DNA of 39,837 nucleotides from a virus. Lineage: Duplodnaviria > Caudoviricetes. Both the position numbers and the translations under genes were made by a program. Below the pieces are notes generated by a model. It did no database searches, was not told the origin of the DNA, and was given only the letters and a program-made list of their open reading frames with translations. The stretch is from the IMG/VR virus record IMGVR_UViG_3300048838_000710, positions 1 through 39,837 of that record, one strand, 5' to 3'. Shown here piece after piece: positions 16,011 to 24,961 of this stretch (within the stretch, counting starts at the first letter, position 1; each line of letters opens with the position of its first letter).

Positions 16011-17189
16011 TTAGAATCCGCTTACATCTTGGGTCATCTTGACCATCAAGACTGCACCGTCGTCAAAGGTCTTAGTTCCAACTCCGATTATTCCTTTAGG
16101 TAAATCAGCGAAACCTTTCTCTTTGTCGGCGACCTTCAAATCTACGAATTGAAGAACCATGTCAATGGATCCTCGGATCATAAATACTGAAGTTTGTCGT
16201 TGACTTGTCCAAGCATCGGTTGTATCAGTCAAACCGTCAGAGACGGCGATATCTCCATATCCTGCAAGGGTCATAACATCACCCGAATTGTCGTTCGTAG
16301 CGGTGATATTTCTTTTCCTTCGGATTATGAAGTTCTCTTTAGCACCCATCTGGACATAGTTTGTTCCAGCAGTACCAGAGTCATTGATACAAGCAACTAG
16401 ATTGGCTCTCGATGTGTCAACTGCGGAAGAGTGTCGAAGAACTCCGACATTTCCTGCTGTTACATCTGCAAGGTCATCTTGCCATTCGAAAGTAACACCG
16501 GCAATAGTTACCGTGTCACCATCAGATGGGTTAGTTGCAAGCCCAAGCGTTGCGCTCCAAGGTAGGTTGTTGTTTTGAACAACTGTCCAACCTTGCCAAG
16601 GTCCAACGACTCCATTCGAGAGAACTGAGTCCCCTAGTCGGGATTCTCGGTCAGATTTTGCTCTTCTGAGTTTAGCTACTGTGCGTGGTCCCATTACTGC
16701 GGCTCGCATAGCAGTCTCGTAAGGAGCATCAAATGCACCAAGTTTTCCTTCTGCCTCTTCGAGAATATCCAAAATGTTTGCGCTTGAAACGGCAACTGGC
16801 GAACCAGATATGCTGTGCTCAGCGTTTGCAATCTCGTCCAGGTACTTCTGTTCGACCCTGTTCATCAAACCTTTTCGGATTGATGTCAACGAGTGATTCA
16901 AAAGATCATAGGGAGTTTGGCTACTCTCAGTGATATCAATGTCTTCGGCTGCGTACTCGAAAGTATCAACTTCCAAAGTTTGCTTTGTCGCCGTTTTAGA
17001 CTCAAATGTGATATCAGAGCGTGGAGTATACGTACCCACTTGTGGGTGCGAGAGAATAGGCTTGTGAGCCTTTCTTCCATCGGATCTTATTAGGTCTTCT
17101 AGGGATTGATTAGCAAGATAAACCGCTGTGTTAGCCACATAAAGGTCAGCTTGCAGGTCTCCCCAAAATTCTTGTTTTACGTCTGTCAT
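16011..17189 (-). CDS. Major capsid protein (P22-coat-like) with inserted domain
   Basis: Follows scaffold; LSNGVVGPWQGWTVVQNNNLP matches the HK97-fold G..G...G..V..SNNLP region; strong SD. Confidence 0.82.
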   Translation of the reverse strand: MTDVKQEFWGDLQADLYVANTAVYLANQSLEDLIRSDGRKAHKPILSHPQVGTYTPRSDITFESKTATKQTLEVDTFEYAAEDIDITESSQTPYDLLNHSLTSIRKGLMNRVEQKYLDEIANAEHSISGSPVAVSSANILDILEEAEGKLGAFDAPYETAMRAAVMGPRTVAKLRRAKSDRESRLGDSVLSNGVVGPWQGWTVVQNNNLPWSATLGLATNPSDGDTVTIAGVTFEWQDDLADVTAGNVGVLRHSSAVDTSRANLVACINDSGTAGTNYVQMGAKENFIIRRKRNITATNDNSGDVMTLAGYGDIAVSDGLTDTTDAWTSQRQTSVFMIRGSIDMVLQFVDLKVADKEKGFADLPKGIIGVGTKTFDDGAVLMVKMTQDVSGF

Positions 17190-17273
17190 TTTTTCATATT
17201 CACCCCCTCACAATTAACCAAGGTCTTCTTGGTCTCAAAATTAAGTTTAAGGGAGTAGGTATCTCATGAAGTT

Positions 17274-17936
17274 TTACTTCTGTTGTGCGTTCCATTTTTC
17301 TCTCGCAGCTTTGGCTTCCTTCCAAGCCTTAACCCCTTCTTCAGAGTTAAAGTCAAAATCTTCCGGATTCAAAGGCTTCGAGGGATCATAGTCTGGCACA
17401 TGAGTTCCCTTCTTTGAGCGCTTCGGAGTCGCGTTTCTTATACGTTCTTCCTTTTCGGCCTCCTCTTTCCTTTGCAGGATATAAGGATGCTGCGCTGCCT
17501 CCCTAACAGAAATACCTTTTAGCTTGGCTAGATCTTTGACCTCATCTTTGAGTTCATCGGAGAGTTCAAGCGATTCTAGCTCTCTTGCCTCCCAACGTTC
17601 TGTCAGCTTCTGGTCAACTAACTTGTCAATATCAGGTACTTCCTGAGTTTTGGGGTTATCCCCTTCCTTCGGATTATCCTTTGGTTTTTCGGTAAGTCTT
17701 TCTTGGGCTTTGTCCCTCCAGCTTATCTTTTGCTTTATGGCTCCAGATAACCTTTCACGGTTGGCTTTTTCCCGTTCGACAATTTTGTCTAGAAGTTCAG
17801 ATTGCTCATCTGGGTCTATGCCCATCTTTTCTGCAAGGTCTTCTCTCAACTCGTTGTCGTCAACTTCCCTTGTCGCCTCCTCTTCTGCATTTTGCTCCTC
17901 GGGAGACATTTCGAGGTCTTTATTATCTTCGTCCAT
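17274..17936 (-). CDS. Capsid scaffolding protein
   Basis: Highly charged helical 220-aa protein immediately upstream of the capsid gene. Confidence 0.7.
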   Translation of the reverse strand: MDEDNKDLEMSPEEQNAEEEATREVDDNELREDLAEKMGIDPDEQSELLDKIVEREKANRERLSGAIKQKISWRDKAQERLTEKPKDNPKEGDNPKTQEVPDIDKLVDQKLTERWEARELESLELSDELKDEVKDLAKLKGISVREAAQHPYILQRKEEAEKEERIRNATPKRSKKGTHVPDYDPSKPLNPEDFDFNSEEGVKAWKEAKAAREKWNAQQK

Positions 17937-17975
17937 AGGACTATATTTTTTTGCCTCTTAACTGAGGCTGGTAAC

Positions 17976-18109
17976 AAAAAACCGCCGATCTGGCGGTCAA
18001 CTTAGAGGAAGAGAGAAAAGCGTTGTGATTAAACTCTATTCCTCTAAACAAACCGTCAGAGGTTTTCACTTCGCTTTTTAGATTTAGATGTCAATTAGCT
18101 AGTATAGCA
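17976..18109 (-). ncRNA. Promoter and structured leader (terminator/antiterminator) upstream of scaffold-capsid; possible ~120-nt sRNA
   Basis: TGC-TATACT (18109-18101); stems 18051-18060/17989-17998 and 18039-18047/18002-18010; terminator ACCGCC/GGCGGT plus T run at 17976-17997; loop carries TCACAACGCTT. Confidence 0.7.
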
Positions 18110-18117
18110 CACCCGTT

Positions 18118-18450
18118 CTATGGATGTCTAAACTTGTGTCCACAATTAGGACAAGCAACTCTAGATTTCACCTCGGCGAATTTTATCGTGTATCCTCCCC
18201 GATCTGGGTGAGAGATAAATTGTTCAGCCATCGCCACGTAGTCTTTTCCGTGTTGTTCAAGACTATACGTTCTGACTTCATGTTTACCGTCGAAGATCAC
18301 GGCATCTTTGGTTTCGGTTGCATTTTTCTTTGGGGATGTTTTTGGGGAGCCTTCTACTTCGGCAATTGCTTTCTCTAGATCTTCGGCTGACACGCCGACA
18401 TGTTTAATGCCTAGCTCTTTTGCTTTGGACTGTAAATCTTTGTAACTCAC
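18118..18450 (-). CDS. Hypothetical protein: Rho-N/HeH-like N terminus, C-terminal CPNCG zinc knuckle
   Basis: YKDLQSKAKELGI...EDLEKAI; probable leaderless GTG start at 18450. Confidence 0.65.
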   Translation of the reverse strand: MSYKDLQSKAKELGIKHVGVSAEDLEKAIAEVEGSPKTSPKKNATETKDAVIFDGKHEVRTYSLEQHGKDYVAMAEQFISHPDRGGYTIKFAEVKSRVACPNCGHKFRHP

Positions 18451-18488
18451 AGTGCATTTTGACACGTCGTAAATAGGAAAGTCAAGTA

Positions 18489-18647
18489 TCAGAATCCGTA
18501 AGATTTCTCAACGTGTTTGGCACGCATTTCTCGCTCTCTTTTCAGCTTCTCGCGAGGATCAGGACTTTGGGCTTTCTTTACCGATTCTTCGAGCCACTTC
18601 TTGATTTGGTTTTTGGTGGCCTCATTATTTGGTTTCGGTTGATTCAT
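18489..18647 (-). CDS. 52-aa hypothetical protein absent from the ORF track (MNQPKPNNE...KHVEKSYGF)
   Basis: ATGA overlap with the upstream stop; fills the gap exactly. Confidence 0.65.
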   Translation of the reverse strand: MNQPKPNNEATKNQIKKWLEESVKKAQSPDPREKLKREREMRAKHVEKSYGF

Positions 18648-18835
18648 AGAACTCGAAGATAAACAGCTTCAATATTCTTTCTGGTCAAGTCTCCTTCAAT
18701 CTCGTATTCCTTTTGTCCTTTAGTCGCATTCATCATTACTTCGTTACTCGGGGTTAGGATCAAAAAAGCACCCTCAACATCGCGTGCGGGTGCTTCTGAT
18801 AGTATTAGTTTGTTTCCTTTTAGTCTGACATTCAT
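18644..18835 (-). CDS. Hypothetical protein
   Basis: ATGA overlaps on both sides. Confidence 0.65.
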   Translation of the reverse strand: MNVRLKGNKLILSEAPARDVEGAFLILTPSNEVMMNATKGQKEYEIEGDLTRKNIEAVYLRVL

Positions 18836-19095
18836 AAGCCGAATTTTGCTTTTGCGAAGCCGATTTGCTCCTTGCTCGGTTGTTTCTTTTCTGCTGGCTC
18901 TACCAAAGGGGATAGTATCTCGTGGAGTTTGTTTCGGGCTTTGCTTCGAGCCCTCACTTCCTCTCCAGCCTGTTCATTGGTCATCTCATCAAGACCGGAA
19001 GCTGAGTCAAACTCTTCAATCTTTGCCACCATGTATTCGGTAAACTCGGCAAAAGCGGGGTACTCTTTTAGTTTTTTAATTAGCTCATCCGACAT
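18832..19095 (-). CDS. Small helical head-morphogenesis-region protein
   Basis: Perfect TGA-TATAAT 5 nt before the ATG; size and position resemble the small gene usually found between portal and scaffold. Confidence 0.7.
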   Translation of the reverse strand: MSDELIKKLKEYPAFAEFTEYMVAKIEEFDSASGLDEMTNEQAGEEVRARSKARNKLHEILSPLVEPAEKKQPSKEQIGFAKAKFGL

Positions 19096-19110
19096 ATTTC
19101 ATTATATCAC

Positions 19111-20550
19111 TTACAGTCCAAAGTTTCTTCGCATGTCCTTTCTTCGCTCCTCTCGTTGGTGTCTGGCTATTGCCTGTTGGTATTCATCTAAAGGCGACTC
19201 TGCAATCTCGTTTTGCATGGCAAGGGCGTCGGCTACGTCATCATGTGCTCCCTTCGGAAACACCCTCAGCTCATCCTCCAAATCCTTACATTCACCCTCA
19301 ATATGGTAGATAGATCCACTTGCATACCTAGGAATCAGTCCACGGATTCTTACTTCCTTCTGGGTTGATGGTTGCTTGATTGGAATGATGTTTGGGAACT
19401 TGTTTCGTTTTCTACATTCATCCTTGTAGAATGGTTCGACTGCCTTCAAATAGACTGTCTCCTCAATCCCTATCTTCTCAAACCCTTCTTCATGAAGCCT
19501 GAAGATGTACTCTAGTAGCTCTTTGGAATCGAAGTGAACCCCGATTGCTTTTAAATTCCAGTTGTTTTGTTTATCAACGTAGTTTCTAATGATTCCTGTG
19601 TTGTCGTTCTCTGGGTTTTTGCCGCCCGGATCAATTGTCGCAAACTTGCGGGTATCCAGTGCTTCTACTTCTGCCCATGATCTCGGCTTAATCCAGTTGT
19701 CCTTAAACTCCTGATTTTCTGAGGTTATTGGACTTCCTTGATAAAGAGCAGAAAACTCATATGGACCAAGAGCGTTTTCAGTCCTTCTCAACTTTGGCAC
19801 AGAGAATTTATCGGGCCAGAGTGCCTCTCCCTTTTTCCGATACTGCTCATCCTCGGTGGCAATTGCTGGGAAGTTAATTACAGTCCATTTGTCGTATTCT
19901 TCAACCCGATCTCTTTCGTCCGCTTCCTGTTTATCAAGCAACCTTCCAACCAAGTCATCTGTGTGCCATCGCGTGTTAATAACGATAATCGCAGTGTTAC
20001 TTTCCTGCCTAGTATAAAATGTAGATCTGTACCAATCCCATCGCGATTCTCGGATTGTCTCGGACTCAGCCTCTTCCCTGTTTTTAAAGATGTCATCGAC
20101 AATCCCGATCTTGAAACCTGTGCCAGTAAATGCGCCACCGGCTCCGGCCGCCATGTATCCACCATCTTCTTGTGTTTTCCAGTAGCCTTTAGCTTTCGTG
20201 TCCTTTCGAAGTCTTGTTTTAAATACCTTCTGATAGCTGTCTGACTGCATCACATCTCTAGTGTTCTGCCCGAACTTAGTTGCCAGATCACCGGAGTAAG
20301 AAGCAACTGCTATTGGCCAGTCAGGATGATGACCTAATGCCCAAGCTGAGAACAATTGTGTCGAGGTGTAGCTCTTGCCATGTCGAGGGGGACACTGGAT
20401 GATAATTCTTACATCTTTGCCTTCCTCTACTCTCTCAAGTGAGGTTTGCAATATCCCTGCCATGGTTTCATGAAACCATGTATCTTGATACTTCGGGTCA
20501 ATGGCGATACAAAAATCAATCAGATTCTTCTTTGCTTGATGCACCACCAT
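19111..20550 (-). CDS. terL: Terminase large subunit
   Basis: Walker A PPRHGKS, Walker B IGIVDD, TRWHTDDL motif, RNase H-like IDPG...HDDVADAL; probable start ATG 20550. Confidence 0.93.
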   Translation of the reverse strand: MVVHQAKKNLIDFCIAIDPKYQDTWFHETMAGILQTSLERVEEGKDVRIIIQCPPRHGKSYTSTQLFSAWALGHHPDWPIAVASYSGDLATKFGQNTRDVMQSDSYQKVFKTRLRKDTKAKGYWKTQEDGGYMAAGAGGAFTGTGFKIGIVDDIFKNREEAESETIRESRWDWYRSTFYTRQESNTAIIVINTRWHTDDLVGRLLDKQEADERDRVEEYDKWTVINFPAIATEDEQYRKKGEALWPDKFSVPKLRRTENALGPYEFSALYQGSPITSENQEFKDNWIKPRSWAEVEALDTRKFATIDPGGKNPENDNTGIIRNYVDKQNNWNLKAIGVHFDSKELLEYIFRLHEEGFEKIGIEETVYLKAVEPFYKDECRKRNKFPNIIPIKQPSTQKEVRIRGLIPRYASGSIYHIEGECKDLEDELRVFPKGAHDDVADALAMQNEIAESPLDEYQQAIARHQREERRKDMRRNFGL

Positions 20551-20956
20551 CGCCTCTTTTTCTTGCGGCGATGCGCTCGGCGATTTTGTCAATTTGAACA
20601 TCACTAAAGTGGTCAATGGGCTTATCGTCTGAAGTGTGGTCGCTTCTCTCTTTCATTCCGTGATTGTTCTGAAGGATCAGCTTGACGATGGTGGCATTAA
20701 TTTCTTTGCCGCCATAAATACCGTCGTCAATCAGTTGTTCCGCTTGGAGTGTGAGGATTGTGTCTAGGGCGTGAGCAAACTCTTTGTGTTTTTCTGCCCA
20801 GTTGTATAGGGTCTTTCTGGCTACTCCGAGGGATCGAGCGTAGCTTTCGATCTTAGGTAGGTGCATCTGTTCCCGCCCTGTGGTGGCGAGATATGCATCA
20901 AGGCACGTGGTGGCGTATTCTGGTTTGTAGTCTGTTGGTCGTCCGGCTTTTCCCAT
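20516..20956 (-). CDS. terS: Terminase small subunit
   Basis: GRPTDYKPEY, LGVARKTLYNW HTH, LQNNHGMKER; directly upstream of terL. Confidence 0.88.
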   Translation of the reverse strand: MGKAGRPTDYKPEYATTCLDAYLATTGREQMHLPKIESYARSLGVARKTLYNWAEKHKEFAHALDTILTLQAEQLIDDGIYGGKEINATIVKLILQNNHGMKERSDHTSDDKPIDHFSDVQIDKIAERIAARKRGDGGASSKEESD

Positions 20957-20985
20957 AAGCGATATGCTTGCCCAATCGGGCTTTC

Positions 20986-21010
20986 CACAACGCTTATGTC
21001 AAGTATAACA
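20986..21010 (-). promoter_or_regulatory. terS promoter with +1 motif AAGCGTTGTG
   Basis: TGT-TATACT, 6 nt, AAGCGTTGTG (20995-20986). Confidence 0.7.
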
Positions 21011-21026
21011 CATGGTATACTGTAAT

Positions 21027-21215
21027 ATGATAGCTACATTTGCAGGAATACTGATTCTTCTAGTCCCTGCTATTAGTGTGATTTGGCTACTTCGAAGATT
21101 TGATAGTTTTAAAAGACTCAGTGATGATCGTCCTTGGTATAAGGATATTTGGAAGCCAATTGCATTTCTCTCTTTCCTGTCCCTACTCAAGACAGTGCTA
21201 CATTACTGGCCGTAA
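21027..21215 (+). CDS. Small 2-TM membrane protein antisense to the late region (moron-like)
   Basis: TGG-TATACT 5 nt before ATG 21027; two hydrophobic segments. Confidence 0.6.
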   Translation: MIATFAGILILLVPAISVIWLLRRFDSFKRLSDDRPWYKDIWKPIAFLSFLSLLKTVLHYWP

Positions 21216-23371
21216 AGACCTACTCCAAGAAGTGATGGATCAACCCCATATTTCTGTGCCAACCCTTGATAATACGCATCAATAGGAGCCTGTCTTTGTT
21301 GATAGGTCTGAAAGACTCTCCCAGCTTCATTTTTGAAGGCAACTCTTTGCTTATCGCTTAGCCTATCCCCTTTCAGTGCTTTGTTGTATTGCTGAGTGAT
21401 TCGCTCTGGTATTCCTGATGTATTCTCGGCTGTAGCAAATTCACCTTCCCTTACAACGCTTCCCGGATCAAGCATCTTCATGAAAGCGAATATAAGTGAT
21501 ACATCTCCCGCTGCCGTGTCGGAGGTATTCACTACTTTATCGTATGAGTTCACTATATCTATCCAATTGTTCTCCTGAGTTCGTTTGAAGTACTCAGTTC
21601 GAAGAGAATCGGCAACTTGCATAGTCTCTGCACTTATGGTGTCAGTATCAGTTGCCAGCATGTCATAAACTGCTCCAACCTCCTCGAGATCTTTGCTTGA
21701 TGCACCCTCAGACAAAGCTAGAGCCAACACCTGACGTTTTGTTAGGCTGCCAAATGGATTAGTTGGTGAAGGTGTTGCTGTGTTCACACTAGGTTGAGTG
21801 TTGCCGCTTGGATTTGCCGGATTGGAGAGTGATGACGTTACCTGTGTAACTTGCTCGATCTCCTCATCTGTGAGACCTTGCTCCCTCAGTGCGGCCGGCG
21901 ACATAGCCGCAAGCCTTTGAAGGTTTGGATTCTGCAATATGTTGCTGGTTGGCAGATCGTCGGCTTTCATTCCTAGTTTTTTCAAAACCGTACTCGATAC
22001 ATCTCTTAGTTTTTGAGTCACTGCCGCAGGCACTGAAGTTCCCGCAATCCTTTGTACTGGTGGATTGGATCTTGCGCTGGAGAGTGGACTTGCCGCCTGA
22101 TAAAGATTGCTTTCATCTAGCAGTAGCTTCTTAACCTCTGGTGCAACGCCTTTGATTGCATCGTCAAGACTGTCCCATGCCGCCATGACTATCTTCTCTC
22201 TTGAATTTAGAGTCGTTCCGTTTTCAAGTTTCTTGAAGATACTGGCAGAGTCTTGGTTGAGAACTTTCTTCATTTCTCTAAGAGTTGCTAGTGGAATATC
22301 ATCAACTCCTGCTTTTAAAAGGTCTTGTCCTGTGTCGGCTCCCACTTCACCAGCAGCGACAAGTAGATCATTCAAGTAGCCGTTTATCTCATTGACGGCT
22401 TGTTTTTGAGTCAAATCTTTGGTGCGCAGGGAACTTTTGAGATTCTTCATAAAGGCTTCACGGATAGATTCCTTTGATACTGCGATATCTGGATTTTCTT
22501 TGATGAAGTTGCCTATCTTCCCCTCAATCTCGCTCATCACTGGCTCTAGTTTTTCATATTGGCTTTGAGCAGTACCTTCAAAACCATATTTATCAAGAGT
22601 CTTATTGATTGCCTTCTCCTTACCGGCTCCAAATATGGAAGGCTTAACCTTAATTTTTCTCGTACCTTCCTCGATTGCCTCGGCTTGCCTTACTAGATTT
22701 CCACCTTTTCCTCTTGCCCAAGAAATCATCCCACCGACACCCTCTAGTACACCTGCTGTGGCCGCGCCAGTTACACCCGCTGTGGCTACCGACTCGGCAG
22801 TTGCGTCTTCTCTCGAGAACTCAGATAAAACTCCTGCTGCTGCTCCGGGAAGAAACACTTTTGAAGTAAGGCTTACTCCTCTTCCAAATGGAATGGCATA
22901 AGACATGCCTCCAGCAGTCGCTTTCGCACCTGTCAGAGCAATCTCGCCTTTGTTTTCAAGCTTGTCCTCATCAACAAAGAAAGTGGATCGTTCTTGCGAG
23001 AGCTTCTTAACCTCTTCATCGGAAAGATTTTCCCCTAGTATCAGTTTCCTAAAGGTAGGATCAAACGCGAACCTGCCTGCCTGTGCTCCAGCCTCACCAA
23101 CAAATTTGACGTAATCGATTCCAGGCTGAACAATGCCCTTTATTAGAGACGATACAAAGCCACCACTCTCTGGCTCTTGTGAAGTTGAAAATGATTGGTT
23201 CGCTGTAGTTTTAGGTTGACCCCCTCCTGAATACGAGACATCTACTGCATTGGACGCTCCTCCAAACTCCCTTGCTTTCTTTTCAATCTCGGACGCGATT
23301 TGTTCGTCAGTTAGACCGGCTTGTTTTGCTCGTCTGGTAAACTCCTGTAGTTGATTTTGACTTAATGCCAT
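21203..23371 (-). CDS. Probable DNA ejection/internal virion protein
   Basis: 722-aa helical A/G-rich protein after the tail genes; C-terminal KMLDPGSVVREGEF motif seen in podovirus-type ejection proteins. Confidence 0.65.
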   Translation of the reverse strand: MALSQNQLQEFTRRAKQAGLTDEQIASEIEKKAREFGGASNAVDVSYSGGGQPKTTANQSFSTSQEPESGGFVSSLIKGIVQPGIDYVKFVGEAGAQAGRFAFDPTFRKLILGENLSDEEVKKLSQERSTFFVDEDKLENKGEIALTGAKATAGGMSYAIPFGRGVSLTSKVFLPGAAAGVLSEFSREDATAESVATAGVTGAATAGVLEGVGGMISWARGKGGNLVRQAEAIEEGTRKIKVKPSIFGAGKEKAINKTLDKYGFEGTAQSQYEKLEPVMSEIEGKIGNFIKENPDIAVSKESIREAFMKNLKSSLRTKDLTQKQAVNEINGYLNDLLVAAGEVGADTGQDLLKAGVDDIPLATLREMKKVLNQDSASIFKKLENGTTLNSREKIVMAAWDSLDDAIKGVAPEVKKLLLDESNLYQAASPLSSARSNPPVQRIAGTSVPAAVTQKLRDVSSTVLKKLGMKADDLPTSNILQNPNLQRLAAMSPAALREQGLTDEEIEQVTQVTSSLSNPANPSGNTQPSVNTATPSPTNPFGSLTKRQVLALALSEGASSKDLEEVGAVYDMLATDTDTISAETMQVADSLRTEYFKRTQENNWIDIVNSYDKVVNTSDTAAGDVSLIFAFMKMLDPGSVVREGEFATAENTSGIPERITQQYNKALKGDRLSDKQRVAFKNEAGRVFQTYQQRQAPIDAYYQGLAQKYGVDPSLLGVGLYGQ

Positions 23372-23389
23372 ATGTTCATATTACACTAT

Positions 23390-24631
23390 TTAGTTGGACA
23401 ACTTAATCCATCCATTTGCTGTGTATCTCCATTTAGTTCCTGTTCCATCGGTCCATATTGTTCCGATTCCTCCTGCGGGAGAGAAATTTGGTTTCCCTGC
23501 ATATGATCCAACAGATGAATTTAGAACTTCATTCCAAAGAAGATCCACATTCACTTGGCTTTGTGTACCACTTCCAAGTCCTTCTACATCATATCCATAG
23601 TCAGCGAGATTCGAGAGGAAGGAATTGGAATCAAATCCGCTTCCACTACCAGTGATTTGTTTTCGGTAATACTGCTTATTGCCTTGTGAGTCAGTGATAG
23701 TAATGAGTTGACTACTTGGGACGCTTTTTGGATCAGTTATAGTCACATATCCACTCGTCGCCATCTGATTCGATACTTCCATGACTTCGCGACGATATTG
23801 TGCCTGTTGCAGTTTGGAATTGATTTGGTCTATAGAATCGTTAAGTGATACGCCCGCTTCTCCCATAAGGTAAGCTGTTTCTGGGTTTATCATCAGCTCT
23901 TTGATGTAATCAACTGTAGCCTCAGCTCGACTAAGGTCATTCTTCAATAGACCAGTCTTTTCTTGGGCTATTCTCTTAGAATCTTCGTCGAGGGAAATGA
24001 TGTCGCGGTTGGCGAGGTTCAATACCGTTTCATAGTAGGAAAGCTGGTCCAGTCTGTCTTGGGTAATTGCATTTATGCTCCTATCAATCATGTTGTAGGC
24101 TTGTCCAATCTGACCGTTGCGTGCGTTGATCACTGCTTCAATAACTCCTGACCTTGCCGCTACGTCATTCATTGTTTGCTGTACGCGTGGATTTCGAACG
24201 GCCGCTAAGCCGGTGACTCCCTGCTGTTGGCGAATGAGATCGTTTCCTTCGGTCAATAACTGATCGAGTTCATCAACTAGCTTCTGATTTTCATCGAAGT
24301 TCTTGTTAATGTGCAGACGCTCTCTTTCTTGCGTCTCTAAATCTTCTCTAAATGGTTGTGTTAGGGGTTCAACCTTTTTGAGGGTGTCTTGCTCTAGCTT
24401 TCTAGCCTCAGTCATTTGTTGCTGGTTCTGCGACTGTTGTCGTGTCAGTTCAGAATCAAGAGCGCTTCTTGCTCTTTCCACCTCTGCATTGAGTGAGCCT
24501 GAGGAATAGGGGAGATTGACTGGAGCCTGTAAGTTCTTGGCACTAAAGTCCGCTTTGGCTTCGGTTTCACCCCATCCGGTATACGACACAGTGCCAAATT
24601 GTTGTAAAGCTTGTTGTTCTGTAAGACCCAT
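23390..24631 (-). CDS. Probable ejection/internal virion protein
   Basis: Q/N-rich coiled-coil protein between the tail gene and the large ejection protein. Confidence 0.55.
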   Translation of the reverse strand: MGLTEQQALQQFGTVSYTGWGETEAKADFSAKNLQAPVNLPYSSGSLNAEVERARSALDSELTRQQSQNQQQMTEARKLEQDTLKKVEPLTQPFREDLETQERERLHINKNFDENQKLVDELDQLLTEGNDLIRQQQGVTGLAAVRNPRVQQTMNDVAARSGVIEAVINARNGQIGQAYNMIDRSINAITQDRLDQLSYYETVLNLANRDIISLDEDSKRIAQEKTGLLKNDLSRAEATVDYIKELMINPETAYLMGEAGVSLNDSIDQINSKLQQAQYRREVMEVSNQMATSGYVTITDPKSVPSSQLITITDSQGNKQYYRKQITGSGSGFDSNSFLSNLADYGYDVEGLGSGTQSQVNVDLLWNEVLNSSVGSYAGKPNFSPAGGIGTIWTDGTGTKWRYTANGWIKLSN

Positions 24632-24650
24632 AAATGCGTTCTAAAACTGT

Positions 24651-24672
24651 CACAACACTTTACAAAATCATA
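24651..24672 (-). promoter_or_regulatory. Promoter with +1 motif variant AAGTGTTGTG
   Basis: TATGAT (24672-24667), 6 nt, AAGTGTTGTGAC. Confidence 0.65.
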
Positions 24673-24688
24673 ATACTACAATATCCGC

Positions 24689-24961
24689 CTAGATGATATT
24701 CAGATTTCCAGACAATATTGTGAGTGTCCCGTCCATACCTACCTTGAATGGAGCATCCTCAAAATCTGCCGCTCCCAACCAGATCCCATTGTCATCTGAA
24801 CCAAATACGTTATCTCCCTGACCCCTTTTGAATACTCGAGAGAATGCCTGCAAACCACCTATTGATTCCGCAAATGGCATTGCTCCTGCAACATAAGGTG
24901 TGACCAGCTCTTGCTCGGCTGCTAAGAGGTTTTTAAATTTAGGTGTTAAATCTTTTGCCAT
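24689..24961 (-). CDS. Small tail-associated protein
   Basis: TAATG overlap with the tail gene; NGIWLGAADFEDAPFKVGMDG beta motif. Confidence 0.6.
   Translation of the reverse strand: MAKDLTPKFKNLLAAEQELVTPYVAGAMPFAESIGGLQAFSRVFKRGQGDNVFGSDDNGIWLGAADFEDAPFKVGMDGTLTILSGNLNII

Noticed and set aside
14758-22901. Numerous plus-strand ORFs opposite the virion genes (e.g. 14758, 15346, 17650, 18872, 19738, 22107, 22605)
   Set aside because: Ser/Pro-rich shadow frames of well-supported minus-strand genes.
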